From a virus: a DNA stretch of 64,000 bases. Both the position numbers and the translations under genes were made by a program. Location: positions 1 through 64,000 of IMG/VR virus record IMGVR_UViG_3300015371_000002, one strand, 5' to 3'. The notes under the pieces were generated by a model. The model made no database searches and was not told the DNA's origin. It saw nothing but the letters and a program-made list of their open reading frames with translations. The first letter of the stretch is position 1. Every line of letters starts with the position of its first letter. Shown piece after piece: positions 19,112-28,629 of this stretch.

Positions 19112-19756
19112 ATGCGTAAGTTCATCATTCTAGCTACAACGGCGCTAACATTGGGCGCGCTAGCTGGGTGCGTCTCAGCGCCACCACCCGTGCCAGAGGT
19201 TTACGTGCCACATGCGGACGCCAATATGCGACCCATCGCTGTCCAGAAACTGGTGCTCCAGCTTCCGCTCGGCCACCAGAATGGGGTGATTGCCCTCGGT
19301 CTGTTGTGTATCCCACACGCGACGCTGAACGCACATGCGTTTAACTCGACGAGTGAGGTGGCGCTCGAAATCATCCGCGAGGAATTCGCTATGAACGGCT
19401 ACCCGCTGATCAATCCGCCGGGCGATCTGTTCGCCACGGCTGACGATAACCCGACCGCCATCCGTATCGCAGGCCGCGTCATTGATGTGCATGACAACGC
19501 GTGCTTCCCGATGGGTGGGTTCGGAGATCTGACCAACGGATCAGCCGACTCCGCTGTCGCGATTGAGTGGCAGGTGTTCGACCCTGCCAGCAGGACCGTC
19601 GTCCTAAGGACGACAACTACGGGTGTATCAAGGATTAGTGGTGCATCGCAGCCGTTGAACGTCGCTGATACTGCGGCCGTGCGCCATGCGATCCGATTGT
19701 TTATCGCGAGCCACGAATTCCAAGCGCTCGTGCATTCGGCGGGGCCGGTTGGCTGA
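19112..19756 (+). CDS. lipoprotein (moron), opposite strand to the late operon
   Basis: AGGAGG SD; MRKFIILATTALTLGALAGC lipobox. Confidence 0.85.
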   Translation: MRKFIILATTALTLGALAGCVSAPPPVPEVYVPHADANMRPIAVQKLVLQLPLGHQNGVIALGLLCIPHATLNAHAFNSTSEVALEIIREEFAMNGYPLINPPGDLFATADDNPTAIRIAGRVIDVHDNACFPMGGFGDLTNGSADSAVAIEWQVFDPASRTVVLRTTTTGVSRISGASQPLNVADTAAVRHAIRLFIASHEFQALVHSAGPVG

Positions 19757-19760
19757 AAGC

Positions 19761-19789
19761 TTGCTAGCCGCCAGATGTCAGCCTAGAAC
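19761..19789 (+). promoter_or_regulatory. sigma70-like promoter of the endonuclease gene
   Basis: TTGCTA-N17-TAGAAC directly upstream of the leader hairpin. Confidence 0.5.
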
Positions 19790-19794
19790 GAAAC

Positions 19795-19859
19795 GGGGAC
19801 GGGCAGCGCTCTAACGCCGATCCGTCCCCTGACCACGAGGGATGAGGAGACATCGCCAC
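19795..19859 (+). promoter_or_regulatory. structured 5' leader (hairpin-CTGACCA-SD hairpin)
   Basis: Stem GGGGACGG/CCGTCCCC, then CTGACCA, then GATG-AGGAGA-CATC; same architecture at 49441-49501. Confidence 0.65.
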
Positions 19860-21575
19860 ATGGCTGACGACAGCCTTATGGCTAGCAGCATACTTCCGCA
19901 ACTCATCACCGATGCGGAGCCAACGCAGCCTTCGCTGTTCTGCGATGATTCAGTTCGGCCAGTGCGAACCTGTTCGGTCGGGGACTGCAACAGGAAGCAC
20001 GCTGCTCGCGGCTACTGCCTAAAACACTATATCCGAAATCAGCGCGGTCAGCCGCTAGATGTGTCAACCGGAGAGTTGCGGCGGCGCCCTCCGAAGACCT
20101 GCCAGTTCCCAAACTGTGGCCGCAAATCGAAAACCAGGAACCTTTGCGTAAAACACTACCAGAGATTCTGGAAGGGCGCAGATATGATTGCGCCGGACCG
20201 TAAGGTATGGACGATTGAAGACCTAAAAGCTCATGCGGCAGGATTGGGCGGAGAGTGTCTCTCGGATAGCTACATCTCCAGAAATCACCAATATTTATGG
20301 CGCTGCTCATACGGGCATAACTGGACTGCTGCATGGGGCAACGTCAAAGGCACCAGTAATAGAGCAGGGACATGGTGCCTCGAGTGCAGGGGCCCCTTGA
20401 GAGGCGAGGTTATATGTAGAGCAACCATGGAAGCGCTGTTCAGAGCTCCCTTCCCAAAGTCCAGGCCTGACTTCTTGCGGCGCAGTAAGCGCAGCATTCT
20501 AGAGTTGGATGGATACAACCAGAGCCTAGGCATCGCCTTTGAATACCAAGGCATTCAACATTTCGAACCACAGAGACATCTAGGAGAAAGGGTTACTGTC
20601 TCTACGCAGGAAAAGGATGACGAAAAGCGCAGGCGCTGTTGGGAGAATGGCGTGTCGCTGGTTATCGTTGTGGCGCCTATCGGCTTCCCAGATAAGATGA
20701 AAATCATAAAGCAGGTCGAGTTTGCAGTTTCGTGCGCTGGGTTGAAGCCTATTCGCGGGTGGAAGAGCCGATTGGCACAGGTGCCTAGTATTGACTTGCT
20801 TGGGCAAGAGAAGCCTGTCACGGCTGAGATGTTAGCGCTAGCGCACAAGAATGGCGGAGAACTGGTTTCTACTACCTATCGGAGGGCACGCGATAACTTG
20901 ACATGGAGATGTGCTAGCGGGCACGTCTTTTCACTGCCGGTTGGCATCATCAAGTATGGTGAATGGTGCGGTAAATGCGCAAAATTAAGAAAGCGCGTTG
21001 GGTCCCTTGAAGAAGCACAAGCCTTCGCGGCCTCTAGGGGTGGGAGGCTTGTATCGACGGAATATCTCGGCAACAAGAAGCCGATGAATTGGGAATGCCT
21101 AGAAGGGCATCCGATTCGTGCAACTTTTTGGAGCGTTAAGACACGCGGTAGCTGGTGCGGTCAATGTTTTATCCTGTCCCAACGAGACGCTAGGTTTATG
21201 AGGGCTAAGGAGTTCGCAGAGAGCCAAGGCGGCGTATGTCTATCTTTAACCTTTTTCGACAAAAAGCAGACTGTTCTAAGGTTTCAGTGCGCCAATGGCC
21301 ATCAGTGGGAGCGAGGATATAACAGCTTTTTTTCTTCATCTTTTGCTCGGCGATCCACGGCATGGTGTCCGGACTGCCGCAAGCGGCGCATATTCTCTAG
21401 CGAAACGCGCGCAAGGATGTCCGACTCTGCGAAAAGGCGCATCTCGCGAGGAGACAATCCACTGATCTCTCAACTCAAGCAGCAAGGCGGTCTGGCATTG
21501 CCGAGCCAGCCGCTAACTGGCCGCGCAGGCCGGCTACCTCATTCTGGAGATTCTGGATGGCCGCCTCCAAAGTAG
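19860..21575 (+). CDS. zinc-ribbon-repeat PD-(D/E)XK endonuclease, probable free-standing homing endonuclease
   Basis: Two CxxxxC...CxKHY fingers, four WxCxxGH...WCxxC repeats, LELDGYN...AFEYQGIQHF nuclease motif; lower GC; overlaps the TMP 3' end. Confidence 0.8.
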   Translation: MADDSLMASSILPQLITDAEPTQPSLFCDDSVRPVRTCSVGDCNRKHAARGYCLKHYIRNQRGQPLDVSTGELRRRPPKTCQFPNCGRKSKTRNLCVKHYQRFWKGADMIAPDRKVWTIEDLKAHAAGLGGECLSDSYISRNHQYLWRCSYGHNWTAAWGNVKGTSNRAGTWCLECRGPLRGEVICRATMEALFRAPFPKSRPDFLRRSKRSILELDGYNQSLGIAFEYQGIQHFEPQRHLGERVTVSTQEKDDEKRRRCWENGVSLVIVVAPIGFPDKMKIIKQVEFAVSCAGLKPIRGWKSRLAQVPSIDLLGQEKPVTAEMLALAHKNGGELVSTTYRRARDNLTWRCASGHVFSLPVGIIKYGEWCGKCAKLRKRVGSLEEAQAFAASRGGRLVSTEYLGNKKPMNWECLEGHPIRATFWSVKTRGSWCGQCFILSQRDARFMRAKEFAESQGGVCLSLTFFDKKQTVLRFQCANGHQWERGYNSFFSSSFARRSTAWCPDCRKRRIFSSETRARMSDSAKRRISRGDNPLISQLKQQGGLALPSQPLTGRAGRLPHSGDSGWPPPK

Positions 21576-24500
21576 CGGTTTGTGTTCTAGTTTCGACTAC
21601 GTAAATACTGGCTGTTAACATATCTACAGGAACCTCGGCAACTGAGGCCAATATATCCGTAATTTGCTGAAAAAGTGTAGCATACCCTAGGCCGCTACCG
21701 TAGGTTGTGCGCGCCGCAGACAAGTAGGCATCCGTGTATGACGGCAGCTTCGCAAAAGAGTTACTGTCGCCCGCCATTGCCGCACCAGCGACGGCCCCGA
21801 ATTGCCGCGATGCTTCGAGAAGTTGCTGGTTAGGAGCGAGCGGGGATTGTCCGCCGAACTTTAACCCGCGCACGTAATCCGCCAGCGATGTCACTAACCC
21901 CGTCGCGGTCTGCTTCGCTTGCTCCATCGCTTGCTGTTGCTGCTGGATGATTTGGTCATTCGCGGCCGTCTGTATTTTGAGACGCTCTGCCCCGAGCGTG
22001 GTCTCCAACCGCGCCGACAGGTCGGCATAGTAAGCTTGGGTTTGATATTGGTCCGCCAGCTGCTTTCTCTGGGCGTTGGCCTGCTGATCGAAGGCAGCGA
22101 GATTGGCTGCCGTTATCTCTGCTGGCGTTGTTGCCTGAGCGGCCGCGAGGCGCGCGTTTAGATCACCCCGCAATACATCGGCCTGCGCTGCGGCCTCTGC
22201 CAATAGCCGTTGCTGTTCGGCAGCTTGCTGTTGCTGCTGGAGTATCGCGGCGTCCGCATCTTTGATTATCACCAACCTCTCTGCGGCCAACGCGCGGTCG
22301 AGGCCGACGATCTGATCGGCATAGAACTGCGATGTCTTGATCGCGTCGCCATACGTTTGGGTAAGGTTATCTGTGAGTTGTTTACGCTCAGCATTCGACT
22401 GAAGATCGAAGGCTTGCAGATTAGCTGCCGCAACCTGCGCGGAGTTACCGGATAGCGCAGCGGCTGCGGTGGCAAAACGCGATGCATAGCCCTGCTGGGT
22501 CACAGCGAATGCGGCGTTGGCCTGCTCGGTAACCTTGGCGATCTGCGCGTCGCGCTTGTCGGTCAGTTCCTGCTCGGCGAAGCCTAAATCGTGGGCCGTC
22601 GCAATCGCGGGATTGAACGCCGCTGAGATCTGATTGATGGCCTGTTGCAGAGAGCCGATGTTCTCGCCGTATTGCCGCATGCTCGGCAGCGTGCGCTCCA
22701 TGAACGTGCGCACCTTTTCCACAACCGGCGCAAGCTCGGCGAATGACGAGAAGGTGCGATCGAGCGCACGGTTCAGCACGTCCGTCTCTTCGGCGCCATA
22801 ACCTGTGGTCTGTGCGCCAAAGCGCAATCTCGAGAATGCGTCGGTGACTGAGGCGCCCGCTAGACCCTGGGGATTCTTGGCCTGGCCGAAGAAACCGAGG
22901 CCACCGGCAGCGCCGGCGGGTGGTGGTGATGATATGCCGCTAACCCGCACGCCAAGATTGCCGAGGTTCTGGTTGAAGGTTGAAACCTCGTTGGCGACCA
23001 TCTGGTAGTTTGACGGCGTGATCTGATTGCCGGAGAGACCGGGATACGCCTCCAGAAAGCCGTTGTTACCGAGACCCACGAAGGTCGCAGAATATGGGCT
23101 GGGTGGCTTAGGCCCGAGTGCGCCGCCTAGCAGCCCGCCTGCAATGGCACCGATAATTGTGCCGATGACCGGAACCACCGATCCGGCCGCCGCACCGGCG
23201 AGCGCGCCGCCAGCCAGGCCACCGGCCGCGCCAAGTCCAGCGCCGATCATCGGGCCGGGGCCTGTCTTACCGAGCGAGCTTTGCAGCAGGCCGCCAGCAA
23301 GACTGCCGAGGCCGAAGCCGAGACCGAGGCCCGTAGCCGCTCCGCCTATGGTCAGCGGAATGGAGCCACCCGCCGCGGTATAGGCTCCAGCCGTCGCTAC
23401 GCCCGGCGCACCACCTATGCCGAAACCAGAAGCCGCAAGCGCCGAATTGGTGGCAGCGCCGGACACCGAGCCAAACAACGGCGTGGCGAGAAAATTGGCT
23501 GCGGCGCCGCCTGATCCAAGAAAGCCGGTGCCGGAGAATATGTTGCCGAGGCCGCCGCCACCGCCGAACAGACTGTAACCCTGCGAGGCCAAACCGCCGA
23601 TCTGCAATAAGCCGCCGAAGCCACTGCTACCTGTGCCGCCTTCCGCTATCCCGGTGCCGCCACCGAACACTGAGCCGAGCACTCCGCCAAGCACGGGTAG
23701 TGATTGGCCACCAATGCCTCCGAACAGCGAATTGATGATCGGGTTGATGACCGCAAGCCGGAGGAACTGCTGGATAATCGCCGACACAACGCTTTTCATC
23801 ACGTTGCCGAAGTTGACGGCACTCGCGCTGCCTTGGACAAAGGCCTCGGTGATGGCATTGCCGATTGTATCGAAGGCGGAGAGGAACGAATTGGCGACGG
23901 TATCTACGTCTCGCGTCTGGTTCCGCAGGGCCTGAGTTGATTGTGCCAGCGCGTCGCGATTAGCCACTATTGCCGCGCGCTCTTCCTCGGATCTGTGGGC
24001 GTATTGGTTCATCACATCGATTTCGTCTTTACGATGCTGAATGGCCAATGCGCGTTGGTCGTTGTTTTCCCCAAGCGTCTGTGATTCGAGTTGGATGAGG
24101 CCGATCTGATCGCGGATTTGCGACGCTTCCTTCGTCGCATTAAGCTTTTCCTGGCCCGACGCAGCCTCAAGGATTTTCTTCGTGCGTTCATCCTCGGCTG
24201 CAGCGACATCATGCGTTGATGTGGCCAGAGTATCCATCACCTGCTTGTGCGCTTCGGCCTTTGCGGTGGCCTTAGCAGCTTCGACAGCACCATTCTCCCA
24301 CGATGCAGCAACTGCATTATTTGCGGCAATCGTCTGATCTAGAATTGCATTCTGATCTTTAAACGCCGAGTTCTGCTTCTCGGTAAGGGCGGCGACTTGC
24401 TCCTGCACTTGCGCATCGGTGGCGCCACGACCGGCTTCGCGTGCCCGCGCTGCCGCTATATAGATCTGCGCCAGTTCCTTGTTGGCCTGGCCGACGATGC

Positions 24501-27024
24501 CAGCAACCTTGGCTTGATCCTGGAGGGCCTGCGTCTCCTTCCGTAGGACATTCTCGGCGTTGGCGACCGCGTCCTTCTGGACCGTGATCGCATCGGTCAG
24601 GCGCTTTTCTTCTGTTACGTTTTTATCGTCACGCGCCTTCTGACGTGCCGCAGTCAGGTCATCCAGAATAAGCGTGAGCCGCTTAACTTCGTCGGCTTGC
24701 AGCTTTATATCTTTAGCGGCCTCGATGCCCCGCATGGCAGCGGCTTCATCCTGCCCGCCGCCATAGATGCTCGCTGCAGCGCTGCGACGATCGGCCGGGG
24801 CAGTCGCGCCCAACCCGCCACCCGTCTCCCCGCCAGAAAACTGTTGTCCATGGCTTTCGACGTAGGCCGTCTGCTTGGCGAGCTTAATCAACCAATCGGG
24901 CCAGCCGAATATCTGGCCGATGAATTCGATCCCGCCCACCACATCGGATGGCAGCTTGCTGATATCGGCGGAGCCGATGGCGGACGCTCGGGCGGCTTGC
25001 GCGCTTGGGCTGGTAGCACCGCCATAGATGTTGGAAATCTCCGACGCGCCGCGCTGTCCGCCGCCATAGAGTTGGTTGATGTAGTTCAGGCCAGCGGCGA
25101 GATTGCCGCCCGCCGTTGAGGTCACGGCGTCCCTGGAGTAGCCCAATCCGCCATAGGTCCCCGGCATCAACTGCATGAGGCCGACGGCCTGTCCCTGCCC
25201 CGGGACGTTTGGACCGAGCAGTGGGCTTCCGCCCTGCGTGAACAGCGACGGAAATTGCGCCTGTAGCCGATATTGCAGCGCCGTGGGGTTGATGTTGCTG
25301 ACGCTGATCCCACCCCCCGGCGTCATTTGTAGCGTCGGATTAACCTGCCCGAACTCACCGACTTCGCCGATGCCGAGGGATTGCTTAACATTTGGCGACG
25401 GCTTGGCGAGATAATCGCGGAAATCGCGCAGGGCGTTGATCGCCTTGGCGGCAAAGCCAATCACCGCCGCCGCCGCGTCGGTGAAGGCTTCTCCCATCAC
25501 CTTCGAGAACGACCTGCCGTCCTCGCCCACCGTGCTGAGCGCTTCGGATAACTGATGCAGGGCGTTCTGCAGCGGCGTCATTTGCTTGGGGGCTTCGCTG
25601 CTGGATGCCTTCAGTGCATCGACTGCCAGCTTGGCCGCCTCGGCGAACTTGCCGACCCTGACCAGTTCATCGACCTGCAGCCGCAGCGCGACCGTTACCG
25701 TCTGTAGCGGCTTTTCCCCCTCAGACAGCGTCTTTAGTGCCGCCGCCGGGTTGGTCATGGCCTGTGCCAACAGCTTGCTCGCGGCTGGAATGTCGGTGCC
25801 CATGACCTTGGCCAGATCGACCGCCGTCTTTGTCAGATCAGCGAGGTCCTGCTGCGTGCCGGTGAACGCCCGGGTGCTGCCGATCGTCTGCGCCGCCTCA
25901 CTGGCCTCTTTGAACGACGCCGTGGTTGCCCGCGCTACCTGGCGGGCAGACTTTTCGACGTCCTTCGCCATGGTCTCGAAGTCAGCGCGCGACGCCGATA
26001 GCTCGGCGCGCAATTCCCCCAGCCTGCGGTTGGTCGACTCTGCATAGATAGCCATCGCGCCCAGTGCAGCGCCGACCGCGACGATACTGGTGACCGCAAG
26101 CTTCCCAGGAGAGACTAGGTTGGCAAGATAGGTCCCCACGTCACGAAATCCGACGTTCATCAATTGCGCTACCTGGTAGACTTGGCCGCCTTGCTGAACC
26201 AGGGTTTGCCAAATTGGCATGCCGCTGCCGATGCCTTGGACAAGATCAATCCACTGCAGCGACATAATTCGCAGGCCTTGTGAGACCTGGCGGTTCCTAC
26301 TGTCGAGAACGGTCATTACCCGATCATGGACCTCGGCCGCCTGGGTAGCGGCAACGAAATTTAGTCTTGCCTTCTCCTGGGCGGCCGTGACTTCATTCGT
26401 GCTGAGGGCGCCGACCTTCTGTGCTTTGGCTATCTCGTTTAGCGTATTCTCATATTGTTTCGATAGCGCGAATACTGGATTGAATTTTGCCCGTAACGCA
26501 TCGAGCGAGTTGCCATATGCCTGGATATCAGCCGCGCGAGCCTTGTAATCCTCGTCCGATCCTGGGAGTTTTATGCCCAAGGTCTGATTCAGCGCTGCTT
26601 GAGCGGAACTCTTGAGAGACTGCGCAAGTTCGTCGTGGCGCTTTCTTAATTCATCAACTCGCGATATGGCGAGAGGCAGCAGTGATGCATACTTGTTTAG
26701 GTCCGCGCCTCCCTCTGCTATCCTCGTATTCAGCCGTGAGAGATTGTTTTCCGCGACACGTAACTGTGCACCGAGTGGATCGATGGCCCGCTGCAGGACA
26801 TTAAAGCCCCTGGCCGACGCAGTAGCAGAAGCGCCCACCTTTTGGAAGCCTGCGTCAACCGCATCGGTTGCGGCCTTAACCTGCGCTCCCATATCGGTTG
26901 CCGCCGTGCCGACGTTATCCAGCGATACACTGGCCTGATCAGCGGGCGCAGTTACCCGATCGACGAACTCGCCGACGAATTGATACGTTTCGGTGTATGT
27001 GCCACTTTGGAATGTGCCGGACAT
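21475..27024 (-). CDS. tail tape measure protein with embedded lytic-transglycosylase-like domain
   Basis: ~1850 aa Ala/Gln-rich helical protein; QWIDLVQGIGSGMPIWQTLVQQGGQ motif; GLMQLMPGT; Gly-rich hydrophobic segment; follows the chaperones. Confidence 0.92.
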   Translation of the reverse strand: MSGTFQSGTYTETYQFVGEFVDRVTAPADQASVSLDNVGTAATDMGAQVKAATDAVDAGFQKVGASATASARGFNVLQRAIDPLGAQLRVAENNLSRLNTRIAEGGADLNKYASLLPLAISRVDELRKRHDELAQSLKSSAQAALNQTLGIKLPGSDEDYKARAADIQAYGNSLDALRAKFNPVFALSKQYENTLNEIAKAQKVGALSTNEVTAAQEKARLNFVAATQAAEVHDRVMTVLDSRNRQVSQGLRIMSLQWIDLVQGIGSGMPIWQTLVQQGGQVYQVAQLMNVGFRDVGTYLANLVSPGKLAVTSIVAVGAALGAMAIYAESTNRRLGELRAELSASRADFETMAKDVEKSARQVARATTASFKEASEAAQTIGSTRAFTGTQQDLADLTKTAVDLAKVMGTDIPAASKLLAQAMTNPAAALKTLSEGEKPLQTVTVALRLQVDELVRVGKFAEAAKLAVDALKASSSEAPKQMTPLQNALHQLSEALSTVGEDGRSFSKVMGEAFTDAAAAVIGFAAKAINALRDFRDYLAKPSPNVKQSLGIGEVGEFGQVNPTLQMTPGGGISVSNINPTALQYRLQAQFPSLFTQGGSPLLGPNVPGQGQAVGLMQLMPGTYGGLGYSRDAVTSTAGGNLAAGLNYINQLYGGGQRGASEISNIYGGATSPSAQAARASAIGSADISKLPSDVVGGIEFIGQIFGWPDWLIKLAKQTAYVESHGQQFSGGETGGGLGATAPADRRSAAASIYGGGQDEAAAMRGIEAAKDIKLQADEVKRLTLILDDLTAARQKARDDKNVTEEKRLTDAITVQKDAVANAENVLRKETQALQDQAKVAGIVGQANKELAQIYIAAARAREAGRGATDAQVQEQVAALTEKQNSAFKDQNAILDQTIAANNAVAASWENGAVEAAKATAKAEAHKQVMDTLATSTHDVAAAEDERTKKILEAASGQEKLNATKEASQIRDQIGLIQLESQTLGENNDQRALAIQHRKDEIDVMNQYAHRSEEERAAIVANRDALAQSTQALRNQTRDVDTVANSFLSAFDTIGNAITEAFVQGSASAVNFGNVMKSVVSAIIQQFLRLAVINPIINSLFGGIGGQSLPVLGGVLGSVFGGGTGIAEGGTGSSGFGGLLQIGGLASQGYSLFGGGGGLGNIFSGTGFLGSGGAAANFLATPLFGSVSGAATNSALAASGFGIGGAPGVATAGAYTAAGGSIPLTIGGAATGLGLGFGLGSLAGGLLQSSLGKTGPGPMIGAGLGAAGGLAGGALAGAAAGSVVPVIGTIIGAIAGGLLGGALGPKPPSPYSATFVGLGNNGFLEAYPGLSGNQITPSNYQMVANEVSTFNQNLGNLGVRVSGISSPPPAGAAGGLGFFGQAKNPQGLAGASVTDAFSRLRFGAQTTGYGAEETDVLNRALDRTFSSFAELAPVVEKVRTFMERTLPSMRQYGENIGSLQQAINQISAAFNPAIATAHDLGFAEQELTDKRDAQIAKVTEQANAAFAVTQQGYASRFATAAAALSGNSAQVAAANLQAFDLQSNAERKQLTDNLTQTYGDAIKTSQFYADQIVGLDRALAAERLVIIKDADAAILQQQQQAAEQQRLLAEAAAQADVLRGDLNARLAAAQATTPAEITAANLAAFDQQANAQRKQLADQYQTQAYYADLSARLETTLGAERLKIQTAANDQIIQQQQQAMEQAKQTATGLVTSLADYVRGLKFGGQSPLAPNQQLLEASRQFGAVAGAAMAGDSNSFAKLPSYTDAYLSAARTTYGSGLGYATLFQQITDILASVAEVPVDMLTASIYVVETRTQTATLEAAIQNLQNEVAGLRGQLAAGSAMPDRLAA

Positions 27025-27054
27025 CTTAGGTCGCCAGGGGATCAATGTTCTGCA

Positions 27055-27711
27055 TCAGACCCCCTTCATTGATAGAACAACGGCTGGATAAAGCATTTCG
27101 GCGCCGCCGAGGCGCTCGACATGATACGGCACTGGGAACCGGTTGCTGGACGCGCCGGACAACGACACGAACCTACGGCTGACCATGAGACCGGAGAACT
27201 GTGACTTGGTGGCCCGCGTCACGATCTCGGTGATCAGGTAAGGGGCGCGTTTCATGCCTCGCCCGATGGCCTGTTCGAGGAATCGCGAATACGGCGTTAT
27301 GTTCACCACGATGGCTTCTTGCGCATTAGGAGGAATGCGCGCTTCATCGATGACCTCCTGGCCATTGACGAAGATGCGCCAAGACGCCGCATAGGTTCCG
27401 GATCGGCTGATGCGCTGCGACGCCTCGCGCGCGGCCTTCAGGGCGTAGGCTACAGCCTGGGATAGCGACGATCCTTCGTATCGGATGATCCCTGGTTTTC
27501 CCACGGAAATCTTGACGGAGGTTTCCGGCGCACCCTGAACCCCATCGACGAAGCGAATGTTCGCCTCAGGAAGTTTGCCATCAGCGACCAGCGCCGCATG
27601 CCGTGTCTTGGCGATGGTTCCCGCCAGTCTACCAAGTTGCCTGGGTGAGATCGGACCATTGAGTTTGACTCTCACGATCTGCTTACGCAGCGCATCACCC
27701 AGCTGGGCCAC
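27055..27711 (-). CDS. putative tail/neck completion protein (HK97 gp10-like)
   Basis: SGTYAASWRI...NITPYSRFLE motif; basic 218-aa protein. Confidence 0.55.
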   Translation of the reverse strand: MAQLGDALRKQIVRVKLNGPISPRQLGRLAGTIAKTRHAALVADGKLPEANIRFVDGVQGAPETSVKISVGKPGIIRYEGSSLSQAVAYALKAAREASQRISRSGTYAASWRIFVNGQEVIDEARIPPNAQEAIVVNITPYSRFLEQAIGRGMKRAPYLITEIVTRATKSQFSGLMVSRRFVSLSGASSNRFPVPYHVERLGGAEMLYPAVVLSMKGV

Positions 27712-28086
27712 TTAGCGAGCCTTGCGCTGCTGTTCTTTGGTGATCTCTTGCTCGCGCTCCTGACGCGTTCGCACCCAGTCTCGATATGCTTCATCCATTT
27801 TGCGGACACAGACATCCAGCATCATGAACTGCCCCCGCGTCAGGTCGTGCGTATCAGCCCACAATCGAAGATCACGCCACGGTATATTGCCCGGAACCGG
27901 AGGTCCCATGCCGCCGCCATGATACGGTCGGTCAGGCGACAGCCGGTGCCACACCCGCCATATCCACGCCCAGCGCGGATGCACATCTGGCTTCTGCGGC
28001 AGGTCTACCTCGGGAATTATGCCTTGGTATTTGCGCCTAAAGGGGCCCCATTCGAGTTCTTGATTGAGGGCTTCAGTGAGTTTCCC
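27712..28086 (-). CDS. tail assembly chaperone GT, C-terminal part (-1 frame)
   Basis: Open -1 frame KLTEALNQELEWG...IPWRDLRLWAD...MDEAY starting at the slippery site. Confidence 0.75.
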   Translation of the reverse strand, partial: GKLTEALNQELEWGPFRRKYQGIIPEVDLPQKPDVHPRWAWIWRVWHRLSPDRPYHGGGMGPPVPGNIPWRDLRLWADTHDLTRGQFMMLDVCVRKMDEAYRDWVRTRQEREQEITKEQQRKAR

Positions 28087-28490
28087 AGGGCGGATTCCAT
28101 CTGCTTGGCGGTGGTGGTCGAAATGCGCCGCGCTGCCTGCCACGCAGCGTTAGACAGGTTCTCATAACCCGGCTGATGCATGAAGCGATGGAACTGCTCG
28201 ACGCTGATCGGCTTGCCGTCATCATCCTCAAGGCCACGAATGTCCTTGATCAGATAGCGCTCCAGCAGGATGGCGTTGACCTGTCGCTGTTCGGCGTTAG
28301 GCAACCGATTGCGATCAACCCCGAGCCTATCGGCCGCCGCCCATTCCAGTTCAGCGCGGGCGTCCAGCATCTCGTCGGTAAAGCCGCAGGATAGGATTTC
28401 CAACTCGCCGTATTTCGCTGGGTCTACCCTGACCCACATGCCATCGAGCATTGCTCGAGGATCCGTAACGAAGTCTGATAGCTTAACCAA
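28017..28490 (-). CDS. tail assembly chaperone G
   Basis: TTG start at 28490 after AGGAGA; between tube and TMP genes; ends ...ALGNSLKP... Confidence 0.8.
   Translation of the reverse strand: MVKLSDFVTDPRAMLDGMWVRVDPAKYGELEILSCGFTDEMLDARAELEWAAADRLGVDRNRLPNAEQRQVNAILLERYLIKDIRGLEDDDGKPISVEQFHRFMHQPGYENLSNAAWQAARRISTTTAKQMESALGNSLKPSIKNSNGAPLGANTKA
28080..28086 (-). other. -1 programmed ribosomal frameshift site
   Basis: G GGA AAC heptamer (X XXY YYZ) in frame at Leu-Gly-Asn of chaperone G. Confidence 0.85.
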
Positions 28491-28511
28491 GCATATTCTC
28501 CTGTTGAACAT

Positions 28512-28554
28512 AAGAAAGGCGCGGTGGCGAGGCCCCCCGGCTTACCACCGCGCC
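28512..28554 (-). terminator. terminator/attenuator after the tail tube gene
   Basis: 10-bp stem GGCGCGGTGG/CCACCGCGCC followed by TTTCTT on the minus strand. Confidence 0.65.
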
Positions 28555-28629
28555 CAGGCGGGTCCGTCTTCCGATGGGGAGGAAACCTTCACCGCCCTTG
28601 ATCGCCCCCAGCCGAGGGCAACCATTCGA

